Source: Callorhinchus milii (taxonomy: Eukaryota). From it: a stretch of DNA of 58,429 nt. Location: contig NW_024705261.1 in the NCBI RefSeq assembly GCF_018977255.1, positions 1-58,429 of the forward strand, in the 5' to 3' direction. The notes below the pieces were generated by a model. It was not told the origin of the DNA. It ran no database searches and saw only the letters and a program-made list of their open reading frames with translations. Of this stretch, positions 37,401 through 48,140 are shown piece by piece (within the stretch, counting starts at the first letter, position 1; the number at the start of each line of letters is the position of its first letter). The position numbers and the translations under genes are program-made.

Positions 37401-40400
37401 GCCTGCTACTTGAGACGACAGTAAACATCATAGCGGTGCGCTGGATACTACCACCTATCACCCACGCTTGCCAGACCGGGGGTACGCAAACAGAACTATT
37501 TCTAGAGGATTGTTCTTAATGTATGACCTCGAGTCTTGGCCATAGAAAAACTTCCGATTTGAAGAGCCTAACCGGTGTGGCACACACAAATGTCGTAATC
37601 GTCGCTATCATTTTGCTTACTCAGTCGCAGGATGGAAGAAGTGGGTTGCAAACAGGCTGACGACAGGGAGTACTGTGAACCCAAGGTTCTCATTAAGATG
37701 ATTTCTCAACACTGTTACTGCGCGATCCGCGTAGACACTGAGCGTTAAACAACCTCTAATAGTATGAGGTACCGACGGTACAGATACGTGCCCTCAAACT
37801 AAGGACCCTACGGCAACGCGGATCCCACTACCCGTTTCGCTATGTTCTACCCCAGGCGCGGAGGTGGCGGACGCCTCAACATACACAATAATTTTTGTAC
37901 TTCCTGAACTTAAATCCACCATGGGAGTGAGAATGTCAAGGTGGCAAGTAGCGTTTACCCAGCACGGCCTCGAAGTTTTCGTCGAACAGTGGTGTTCCGT
38001 CATCCCACGCGTCGTAGATGGTACATTGAAACTTCTTATCGATGCATGAATAGGAAACAATATCCATACACCTAGTTCGAGCCGCCGCTCGGGCTTTCTG
38101 TCGCGCTTGCCCGGTAGGGTAAGAACAGACGCCGAGTGGCGTTACATACCTTGTCGATCATCGAGACCTGGTTTCGCCCCGAGACGGCCTCGCTAACAGA
38201 AGGGATCTTAAAGCCTATAGGGCTTCGAGCAAAATGGGGACACCCTTCAAGGGGAGGAACGTGTGCACTCTGCTCTCAATCATATATCACGAAAATCCGG
38301 GATCTGAACACGCACTTGTTCCCGCCAAGCTCCTCAACATTGCTTAGTGGGCTCGAACCCGTACCCTTTTGGGGCAGGAGTACGTGAGTTACGCCGAGCC
38401 TCGACTAACGCTAGACATCATTAGATGGCTGGCATGGGTCGGGCTACCCCTGACTGACAGCGAAGCGATAACCTTGCTTGGGGGTCTATTGTCACATCTC
38501 TTGCGGATCACTTGCAATACTTCTACAGAGGCGCAGAGCAGGACTGGCGATATTTTCAACGCGCGGACACTATGTACTATGACTAAATCTCGATTAGTAA
38601 ACTCGAACTGTGTAATACCGCCAGGTCCATGCATCCCAATTGCAGGTTCCCAGATGTCCTCCCTACAACGCCCATCGAGATCTAGCCGACTGGGCTACCA
38701 AAAGAGAGAATTTCGTGCACGCTCCTTTATACGTGGACGTACGTATTGGATATTCATCGGTCTGTCTTTAGGAATTAGTACAAAGCGGATCCTAACCTTA
38801 AGACACTGTTCCGTATACGAGCATGTATGCTGGACATTTATCAGATTCGTCCGGGGACCATAATGTGAATTCGTCTAACTCCTGAACCCGTATGGATTTT
38901 GATTATCTAATTTAGACCGCATATCCAACGTGTCATGAAGGAAGTTGAAGGTTATTATGGCTGCTGCTGTAAGCAGCGACCCATTTTTGGAGCCAATCAG
39001 ATAACGCGTCGACTTGCGATAGATAACGATCGTCATTGGAGCTTTCACGATTCTTTGTCACCTAGAGCCCGCCTTGGGCCGACTGGGCTCATGCGAATGT
39101 TACGTGCGTCCCATTCGCTTCTGCCTGCCAAGATGGGTACTATCCCCTTCAACTAATGTTAAAATTAGAAGCGTAGAGTAAGGTGCGAGAGTGCTAACAT
39201 TTCTGAGATTGAAGCGCGCACCATCTTTAATCAATGAGGCACAACTTTTGGTATGGCCCGCATACGGCGCTGGCCAGTCGGGCGAGTGAATAAATCAAAA
39301 TGCGGGTCGGATACTTCACCTAGATCGAATGTATGGAAAATTGGCATAGCTTAGAATCGAGTGAGCTCCATATCATACTCGGTTAGGTTAGCCCAACTGG
39401 GATGTCAGCTTATCTGTCTTTTCACGACGTGGAACTTGAGGCTCCGTACTCGTTTACAAATTAAGAAGAGGTCTTACCCTGAATTGGCCTTCATAAGAGT
39501 ATACTTAGCCTCTGACCAAGTAGGGGGGTCCTCGACGATTCGATATATGAAATGTTGGCATATTGGGCAGCTGATGGCCTGTTCCGGATATCAAGCTGAA
39601 ACCGTGGGGAGAGGGCTCTATCAATAGCTAACGGCAGTCCACTGGGAAAAATCGCTTCTCGGGAAATAGACCGGTATCGGTCGTTTTATATGGAACTTAC
39701 TAGTAAGGGCGGTAGTGTAACACGAAATAAACCTGTGCTGCCTCACCAGTTCTTCCTCACTGCGAAGCGCTTAGCTTAAGCTCTTAAAAAGACTCACAGC
39801 TAGTAGCCGGTGTGACTGGGCCACTGGAAGATGGATACGCTCTCGTTAGTCTAGTTCTGTCCAACTATCAAAAGCACTACCCGAACTAAGGCCTCTCATC
39901 GGTACCACGTCAGCAATCGGTGCACCATCCGCACGATCACGGCAATCCTTTTCGCCGCGGGATACGAGGAGTGCTTTCAGCGTGTCCATGCGGTCTTAGC
40001 CCCTAACGGTTATTAAGTCAAAACGGTCAGTCACGAGTAGATGACGCTCGTTTCTTATTAGGATCTAATTGTAGGGAATCTGACGTTTACTCCAAGAGGC
40101 TTGGTCTTAAGGTATCAAACGGTGTGCAGTTTTGGTAAGTGGGGGTTATCTATTGATGACGTGCTTCCACTCACTTTCTGCAGCTGACCATTAGGGTACC
40201 TTGCTATTGGCATGCTCACCGTCATCATGGAATTAGGTTTATCGGTAACGGCTGTTCTACATACCGAATTTATGTGGATTAACTTCCTGCATAATAGAGA
40301 CGCCGCGCGACACTCTAATCGTAAAGTGAGTCTCATTTTACCTCCAAACGAAAACGAACAACTTAGAGTTATGTGAAACAAAGGATAACGCCCAGAGCGA

Positions 40401-40447
40401 GGGAAGGGATTGTATAACTCGTTTAACGAGTAGGCTTTCGCGACCAA
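13448..40447. other. About 27 kb of featureless, random-like sequence (probably non-biological filler or artefact); right boundary approximate
   Basis: Looks ~50% GC throughout (one 60-bp spot count gave 30/60), frequent CpG and TpA, no microsatellites or long homopolymers, no copies of the TE families that fill both flanks, and the longest ORF (194 aa) has no recognisable motif. Confidence 0.8.
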
Positions 40448-40540
40448 TATTATTCATAATCCAAACCCAAACGTTGATTATGATTTTGTAATCTCGGTGC
40501 GAACGTGAATCGTCAGTCTGGTTTAGTCTGATGACTCATA

Positions 40541-41400
40541 TGTAACGCCGTTTCGCGAGGACCCCCCCCCCTTCCAGGTTAATTATTACGGACAGCTGCT
40601 TCGGTGGAATAACTTTATTCCTCCAATAAATCGCACACACGGACACACACGGACGCAGCTGTGTCCACGCACACAAACAAAAAAATGTATATGTTCCGGC
40701 CCTTTGAACAACTCGAAAAAAAACAGAGTGGATTTTCCCGATATAAGCACAGGCGCAACCCCATCAACAGTATACCACCGGGGGTCAGCTCACCACCGGG
40801 GGTCAGCTCACCACCGGGCTCAGCCCCTCACCTCGTCTCGTCACCGCCAACGAAGGAGCATCTCCCATCACCCAGAATGGCGATGTTCGCGGAGTAGCGA
40901 CGTGCATTGACAAGCTGAGGTCTGCACCACCTAAGAAGAATCGCTACACTGAGCCGCCGAGCTGCGAGTGAAACTGACGGAGATTCCAGTTATCATTCTC
41001 GAGCCAACGAAGACATCAAACGTCCACCCAGCAACGAACGAGCGCATCGTTCATCGCCAGAGCGCCAGCGAATGCGCCGTGTGTTTAATACACACACCCA
41101 GATCGACCAGCACCAACGAGAACCGACTCGTCATCCAGCAGTGGAAAGAGCCTGATCGAACGGCCGTGAGGAAGAAGAGAGCGCCAGCGAATGCGCCGTG
41201 TGTTTAATACACACACACAGATCGACCAGCACCAACGAGAACCGACTCGTCATCCAGCTGTGGAGAGAGAGGTGACAGCCTGCCGAATGAGCCGCCACGC
41301 CGTCAGAGCTACAGAGAACGAGCACCGCCGACGCCGCTCATCTCCCAGCGGAGAAAGTCGCGGCTGCAACCCCGCACGGGCGAGAGGGACATTCTCTTAG
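40541..41400 (-). mobile_element. Probable LTR-like repeat end with internal duplications
   Basis: Minus strand ends ...GGCGTTACA at 40541 with AATAAA about 75 bp upstream (TTTATT 40614-40619); contains an 18-bp tandem CACCACCGGGGGTCAGCT (40773-40824) and an 81-bp direct repeat (41059-41139 / 41178-41258). The other end and TSD were not found. Confidence 0.35.
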
Positions 41401-41402
41401 CC

Positions 41403-41569
41403 CAGGGGTCGGCAACCAAAATAACAAGAAGAGCCATTTCTTTCCAATTCGGTACAAAATTCAGTATTTCAAGAGCCGCAATGCATCTGAGTACATACTG
41501 TACATATCGTCAAGAAGCAGCCCGTAAAGAGCCGCATGCGGCTCCGGAGCCGTAGGTTGCCGACCCCTG
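41403..41569. mobile_element. hAT (Charlie/Buster-type) MITE, 167 bp
   Basis: Perfect 15-bp TIRs CAGGGGTCGGCAACC / GGTTGCCGACCCCTG; 8-bp TSD TCTTAGCC / TCCTAGCC with the central TA typical of Buster-type hATs. Confidence 0.92.
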
Positions 41570-42720
41570 TCCTAGCCGTTCGTATCACCTCCCCACTCAC
41601 AAACCCAAGGAAGCACATACACTCACACACATCTACATTCCCCGGGCACGCAATAATTTATCCAAGAGACAATCCACCTCTCTCACAATGGGACCGACCC
41701 TAGACAATCATCAGAAGACTAATTATAAAGTTTGAACACCAGCTGGCCGTGAGGAATCGTGGCCCATCGTGTGATTAAGAATCCGTCGGTTATAGGAGTG
41801 TGAGGTTTTTTTTTCCTTGCCTTTCCATTTTCGTTTTCTCTTATCGCATAAACAACCAATAGATTCGTCGATGCAAACTAAAACTCTCGAAATCCTCATT
41901 ACGAATCGACACGTTTACAGAGAGAGAATATCGTGTCAAACCTGTTTCTTTGTCATAGAGTCTCTCCTAAGAATTAATTAAGCAGAGCCAGAATACGCTC
42001 TCCACAAACACACGCACCCACCCACCAGTGTCTCAAACATTTCGTTAACCAATATAATCTTGCCGACGAATCGATTGACATGCTTCGCCTTTGGGGTATA
42101 ATAAGTGCTTTTATTGCCGTCATATGAATATTGTTGCATGCTTGTTTTAAACTCTGCCTGTCGCCGAATGCACTCGGTACGCGGTGGAAATAATGAGATG
42201 TGCGGTTGCCAAAGTGTAACACCGCAAGCCTTGATGGTTAAGAGTATTGCTCACGAGAGAAATCTCCCCAATGGTACCGTCGATAATTCCGAACATGAGA
42301 GTCGCATCTTAGAGTGTCATATTTTGTTTAGAATTAAAATTGTTTAACACAGAAGTATCTTGAGTGTTTCTTTCCAAGTCCATGCAAAACTGTCTTATTT
42401 ATAAGAACTGTATCCTGCGTTGAGATATGAACTTGGAGACCTAACATAACATAAACACACTAAGATAACCAATAAATGTTTAATCAAAGATAATCATTTT
42501 ATCCCGATTGATACAACTCTGGATAACGAAGCTAAGTCTAATTATCATAACTGCACACATTAACATAATCACAAGTATTCGCATAAATTAATACGATTAT
42601 ATCCGTGATTATCATATTAAATACATTAGCATAATTAATGCGAATTACGCATTTTTATAGTTTTTTTTATTAATTGTTTTTATTTTTATCAAAATTTCAT
42701 AATCCGACATATACAACAAA

Positions 42721-43225
42721 AGCCAACTAGTAAGGGTTGTCACGTAAACAGAACGTACCAATTCGTCACTAGTACAGCACTAGTGTATAGTGTAGTGTAT
42801 AGTGTAGTGTGTAGTATTGTGTAGTGTATAGTGTAGTGTGTAGTATAGTGTAGTGTATAGTGTAGTGTATAGTGTAGTGTATAGTAGTGTAGTGTATAGT
42901 GTATTGTATAGTAGTGTATAGTGTAGTGCATAGTAGTGTATAGTGCAGTGTATAGTGTAGTGTACTAGTACAGCACACCGGTGTGTTGGAGAGCCAAGCC
43001 ACAACATTTACAATCTGAGTACGACGTTTCGCCAGTAATTACAACTAGCTTCATCAGGCGACAGCCAGATTTGTGGAGAAGTCTGTTTGGTTCCTTACTT
43101 AGTGGCGTAAATGTGGTGACCACACTTCTGCGCTCTTCCGCAAAGTGGGGATGGGGGTGGGGGATTACTGGGTCAACGTACATTATGCATGTGCATTATG
43201 CGAGCCCTTTGACGTTGTCCTTCCT
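42721..43225. mobile_element. Family C repeat interrupted by a (TAGTG)n microsatellite
   Basis: Aligns to 6760-7072 apart from an insert of about 196 bp. Confidence 0.75.
42781..42963. repeat. (TAGTG/TATAGTG)n microsatellite flanked by a 13-bp direct repeat
   Basis: ACTAGTACAGCAC at 42768-42780 and 42964-42976. Confidence 0.9.
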
Positions 43226-43316
43226 TACTCGTTGGTTCTTTTGGTAAAGTCACGTAGTTAGAACAAATAATAGATCATGATGTTTCGATCGCAACTCAAG
43301 CAATCGTCATCAGGTG
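43226..43316 (-). ncRNA. Degenerate PLE hammerhead plus conserved 3' motif
   Basis: CAC-CUGAUGA-C-GAUUGC-uugaguu-GCGAUC-GAAAC-AUC-AUGA (43275-43316); stem II intact, ACGU palindrome and stem I hit by CpG-type decay. Confidence 0.6.
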
Positions 43317-43410
43317 GTCTGCTTGATATATGAAACGCCCTCTCAAGAACACGACGAGGTTCTTGAGAGAAGGTGATGCCGATAGCAAGGCGGTGGTGGC
43401 TGTGCACACC

Positions 43411-44085
43411 TGTAATCCAGAACTGTGGAGGCGAGGGGTTGGTGTATACACAAATGTTGCGAAACTTCCTTACCATGGGCGTCAAGGTGCCCTACCCTGG
43501 CTCGCCAGAAGGCTGGACAGAAAGTGGACTAATCTCCATCTCTATCTATACGGGGAGTGTTGCCCCTCATGCACGTTTAGTGACATAAGAAGCGAGGGGC
43601 TGCTGGGGGCTCTGGGTTCCCGGGCGGGTCCAGACGCTTAAGCTCTGGGCGCCAGGCGCTGGGTTCCCAGGGGGTCCAGACGCTTAAGCCTCTGGGCGCC
43701 GCCAACGGGGGGGGGGGGGGGGCTGTGTGTGCTCTGTGGGATGTCTGGTGGCGCACACGGCCCCACCCCTCGTTGGACCAGGCATAAAAGGAGAGCTCCC
43801 TGGACGATCGGGGCCCAGTTGTAACTCAAGACCCAAGACCCACGACCAGCCATCTGAAGACCATGGGATGTTGTGAGAGCGAGTGGTGGGAATCTGGAAC
43901 TCCCGACTCTACGACCTTGTGAGGGCGAGTTCCGGAGCGTAGCCAGAGTAGAGTATCTAGGCTGTGTAGCTAAGCTGTGTACCTAGGCTGTAACAGAGTA
44001 TCAGGACTGTTGGAGAGTTGGACTGTTGGAGTGTTGTATTGTAATAAAGAAGTTACCTCTACAAGTGTCTCCGGAACCCGTTACA
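43411..44085 (+). mobile_element. Solo LTR (Gypsy-like), 675 bp
   Basis: TGTAATCC...CCCGTTACA termini, CATAAAAGG box at ~43782, AATAAA at 44043, imperfect 4-bp TSD CACC/CACG; internal ~42-bp duplication (43611-43700). Confidence 0.6.
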
Positions 44086-44859
44086 CACGTGGTTGTTCTC
44101 CGCGTACTCTAGTTTCCTGCCACTTGTATAAACACTCACGAATTGGCTGAAAACATCTTAAATAAAATAAAAACCCCCAATGCAGGATCCTCCTGAAAAC
44201 ATAGTCATGCAGCACTCACTGATGAAATCCTAAACTATAATTTATCTTAAAGCCATATGTGGTAGGGTTACTTAATTGCTCTTGGCTGACTCAAGGTAAC
44301 GTTAGAAAACGTCCTGGTTCGGCCTTTACAAATGCCACCTCCCAACGCTCTCGTCCTTCCAGTTCTCTGAAAACCTCCTGTTAGGCTTAAACATCTCCTT
44401 CGACCCCCTCCTCTCCATCCTTTTTAAATAAACATGCCTTTACTTGAACGACGCGAACGTTTCACCCCCAAGTCCTAAAGGCAGCACTTCCATTACTAAT
44501 AGTGAATAGATTAAATACACACATACCCTTTCTTTGAATCTACAAACATTGAGGGTTTTTTTTTATAATAACAAATCATCACGGGAAATACGATACGGAG
44601 GCGAGCAAAAGCAGCTTGGGATGCTTTGTAAAACTGAACTCGGTCATGAAAAACAACATACCAATGGGCCTCTAAAAAACAAATCCATCAGTACATATGA
44701 ACAATATGGACACCAAAAAAAAAACTATGCAAAAGCTGAAACGTGCACAAAGAAAGACGACCACGCAGATCAAACACTAGTTATATACCTCATATTCAAT
44801 CGCCAGTGGCGATGGGTAGCACGGAGACAGGCAAGTGAGTCGAGACGGGGATGAGTGTG

Positions 44860-46512
44860 GCCAATGACGACGCGTGCTAGATTGTTTTGTAGTCTTTAAA
44901 GTTTTTTTTTAGGTTGCCAGTGGAGGTCCGGACTAGGACGGAGTTGCAATAGTCAAGGTGAGACCCAACTATGCAACATGCCAATGTGTTGGCAATTTCA
45001 GTGGAGATCAGAGGACGTAGGTGTCTGAGAGCCTTCAGGTGAAAGTTACATGAACTGATGATATGATTGGTTTGACGGTCGAAGGATAAGGTTGAATCTA
45101 GGATGACACCGAGGTAGCTGAAGTGATCGGTGAACCTGATGCTGTGACCGAAGATGTGTATGTGTGTTTGGAGTGCTGATGAGTTGAGACGTTGCTTGGT
45201 ACCTAACATGATGGTCACGGACTTTTCGGATTAAGGGCTAGACTGTGTGCAGTGAACCACTGTTGCAAGGTGGTGGTACATTCCGAGAGCCTCTCGAATC
45301 CCGATGCATTGCTAGAATCGATGGCGGTGAATAGAATCGTGTCATCCGCGTATGAGTGGTGCTTAACACCGAAGCTTGCAATGAGCCTGCTGATCGGGGA
45401 AGTGTAGGCTGTGAAGAGCAGTGGACCTAGTACAGAGCCCTGGGGAACCCCGCATAATGCTATTGTTTCAGGCGATGTGGACGTGCCCACCCTGACTGAA
45501 GATTGCCGGTCAGAAAGGTACGAAACTATCCACTTGAGTGCTGAGCCACATATAACGAAGTCGGATTTCAGGAGGGAAGTAAGGAGCGAGTGGTTGATGG
45601 TGTCGAAGGCTGACGAAATGTCCAGACTTACAAGTGCAACAGTGGAACCGGAATCAATGATCGTTAAAATGTCATCGAGCACTCTAGTGAGTGCTGTTTC
45701 TGTGGAGTAGTTTTGATGGTAAGCTGACTGGAAGCAGCAGTAGTTTGCAGAGGAGGTGATGTGTGGTTTTAGCTGGGCGAGGGCTAGTAGTTCGAGGAGT
45801 TTGGAGAGGTTCGAGAGATTAGTGATGGGACGATAACTAGATGGGTCATCCGGGTCGAGACTTGGTTTCATTAACAAGGGAGAAACAAGGCCAGATTTGA
45901 GGTTGGACGGAAAACACCCATAGAGAATGAGGCATGTGCGATGTTCCTGATCATGATGGCGAGTTCCGGAGCACATTGCTTGAACAAGGAACCTGGGAGC
46001 ACGTCGAGTGGAGATGACTTCAATTGAAGTGATTCAATTAAAGAGAAAAAATTTTGTAGACACCAGCTTTAGCATAGTTTGAAAGGTGTCTGGGTGAGTG
46101 CTTACAATTTCAGGTAACTTGAGCGGGGTACAATGGTGCGATGTGTGAGAAGACGTGCAAGAGTTTGCGACGGTGATTAGCTTGTTGGTGAAGTAAGTGT
46201 TAAAAGAGGAGGCAAGTTTCAGTGAGGCCAGGGGATCGCTAAGGTGAGGGACCATGGTGCTACCAGTATGTAGAAGATCTTTGAGGGTTTTCCATAGAAT
46301 GCGCGGTTTTCCGGTTGCTGTTTTGATGCGTTCTTCAATGTAGGAGGAACGTGAGACAAGGATAAGTTAGTTAGTTTTCCTGCAGGCAACTCTGTAGGCA
46401 AGTCGATCAGCAGGTAGACCACTACGGGATGCGATACTTTCAAGGCACCTCCTGGTTCACTTAGCAATGGTGGCGTCTCACCAGGCAAACTGCACGGAGG
46501 CAAAAACAGCAA
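44860..46512 (-). pseudogene. L2/CR1-group LINE ORF2 reverse transcriptase, frameshifted
   Basis: YRPITNLSNLSKLLE, FQSAYHQNYSTETAL, LDISSAFDTINH, GVPQGSVLGPLLF, YADD, YLGVILDSTLSF and LDYCNSVL in ORFs 45215-45976 and 44877-45218. Confidence 0.92.
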
Positions 46513-46516
46513 AAAT

Positions 46517-47515
46517 TTACCCGTAAAAACAAAGTTTTACACTCTAAATCCTTTATATGCGTGGCGGCTAGAGTCCTCTCGTCCTCTGGCTTGAGATGGC
46601 TGCCACCTATGGGTCAGATGATTGTCTGCCAGCATTAAGCAATTGGTAATTAAATATTTAAATTTTTTCCCTAAACAGTGTACAATTTTGGGAAAAAATT
46701 TTCACGAAAATTAATTGTCACGCACAACGAGTCTGTGTGGAAAATGTCAGCTCGATTGGATCACGGGAAGTGGGTTAAAAAACGACCGAAAGATTTGCAC
46801 GGTCGTAAGCAAGCAGCAAGCAAGCAAGCAAGCGAACTTAATATAAAGGATTTAACAAGTAAACCCGTAAAAACAAAGTTTTTCACTATAAATCCTTTAT
46901 ATGCGTGGCGGCTAGAGTCCTCTCGTCCTCTGGCTTGAGATGGCTGCCACCTATGGGTCAGATGATTGTCTGCCACCATTAAGCAATTGGTAATTAAATA
47001 TTTAATTTGTTTTCCCTAAACAGTGTAAAATTTTGGATTTTTTTTCACGAAAATTAATTGTCACACACAACGAGTCTGTGTGGAAAATGTCAGCTCGATT
47101 GGATCACGGGAAGTGGGTTAAAAAACGAGCGAAAGATTTGCACGGTCCTAAGCAAGCAAGCGAACTTAATATAAAGGATTTAAAAAATATATTCGCCTGT
47201 GGAGGACGCGGGGATCGATCCCGCGACCTTTGGCATGGGAAGCGAGGGCGTTACCAACTGCGCTACTCCACCACGGCCTGTGGAGGGGTTACGCTCTGGG
47301 CTCTTACACTCTGACGTTCAGCCAAAGCCATGAATGCGTTCTATTTGAATATATGTAAAATTTTTTTTTTGCCTAAAAAGTGTAAAATTTTGGGAATTTT
47401 TTTTCACGAACAATAATTGTCTGGCACAACGAGTCTGTGTGGAAAATGTCAGCTCGATTGGATCACGGGAAGTGGGTTAAAAAACGACCGAAAGATTTGC
47501 ACGGTCCTAAGCAAG
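46517..47515 (-). mobile_element. Tandem HINE/DINE-1-like (Helentron-associated non-autonomous) elements, left part of the array
   Basis: Units of about 330-340 bp (46517-46855, 46861-47186) with 13-bp subterminal IRs AAATCCTTTATAT / ATATAAAGGATTT, a (GCTT)n microsatellite next to one end and a terminal hairpin AAAAAC-TTT-GTTTTT at the other; T-rich junctions, no TSD. Confidence 0.65.
47200..47272 (-). pseudogene. tRNA-like segment (Ala-like body, SINE-head type) within the HINE-like array
   Basis: GGTGGAGTAGCGCAGTTGGTAACGCCCTCGCTTCCCATGCCAAAGGTCGCGGGATCGATCCCCGCGTCCTCCA: A box, B-box-like sequence and perfect T-stem GCGGG/CCCGC; acceptor and anticodon stems are mismatched. Confidence 0.7.
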
Positions 47516-48111
47516 TGTAGGGGTGTTACGGAGGGGCTGTTATACATGGGATCACACGGGAAACAAACACAGTGGGCGTGGCTATGTGAGTGCACGGGGA
47601 GGTGCTCTCAACGACGTCCGCACCGGGCAGCCTGGGGGGCTGACTCGGAGCTGTGATCCCCCGGGGCCCCACCCCTCAGCGGGGGTTTTGGTATAAAAGG
47701 GGATGAGCCGGAGGGCTCGGGAGGATGATGTTAAAGCTAAACCAGTGAAGACCGAAGATCGTCTAGATAGAGCCCTGGACTCCCCTGGATCGCCGCCCTT
47801 ATCAGGGCCGAACAGGACCGAGCCAGCGGCGTGGTCCCGGGAGCCAGAGCCGGTGCTCTTATCAGAGCTGGTCTGGGACTCCGGGTACCGTAAGCCCGAC
47901 TTACCAGTGTCGGGCTAGATAGCCTCCCCTAGCCCGTTAGTGGAGGACTAGGAGGTAGGCTAGACGTAGCTAGCAAGCGTATCCCCAGCTAGCCGGGTTA
48001 GGGGGCCGATACCCCCTCCAGTGTTGTATGTCCGCGATTGTGCCATACTGACGCAGAATAAATATGTGTGCCTCCAACCCCGGCGTCCAAGAGTCCTGGA
48101 ACGTTATTACA
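47516..48111 (+). repeat. 5' LTR (596 bp)
   Basis: TGTAGGGGTG...GTTATTACA; TATAAAA at ~47692, AATAAA at ~48057; direct repeat of 53671-54262. Confidence 0.97.
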
Positions 48112-48113
48112 TC

Positions 48114-48127
48114 TGGTGACAGAAGTG
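48114..48127 (+). promoter_or_regulatory. Primer-binding site, tRNA-Leu type
   Basis: TGGTGACAGAAGTG, 2 nt after the LTR; 13/14 match to TGGTGTCAGAAGTG, the complement of a vertebrate tRNA-Leu 3' end (from recall). Confidence 0.8.
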
Positions 48128-48140
48128 AACGACCACGAAC

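Noticed and set aside
13448-40447. ORFs in the central block (e.g. 17024-17545, 25025-25609, 38369-38863) as a novel operon, virus or defence system
   Set aside because: They are short, overlap on both strands, mostly use non-ATG starts, have random-codon composition and show no motif or gene-like packing; lengths are in the range expected by chance in 27 kb.
42740-43007. His/Tyr/Thr-rich ORFs
   Set aside because: They are translations of the (TAGTG)n microsatellite.
47200-47272. Functional tRNA-Gly(CCC) gene
   Set aside because: Acceptor and anticodon stems each have two mismatches, the body is Ala-like, and it is embedded in a repeat.
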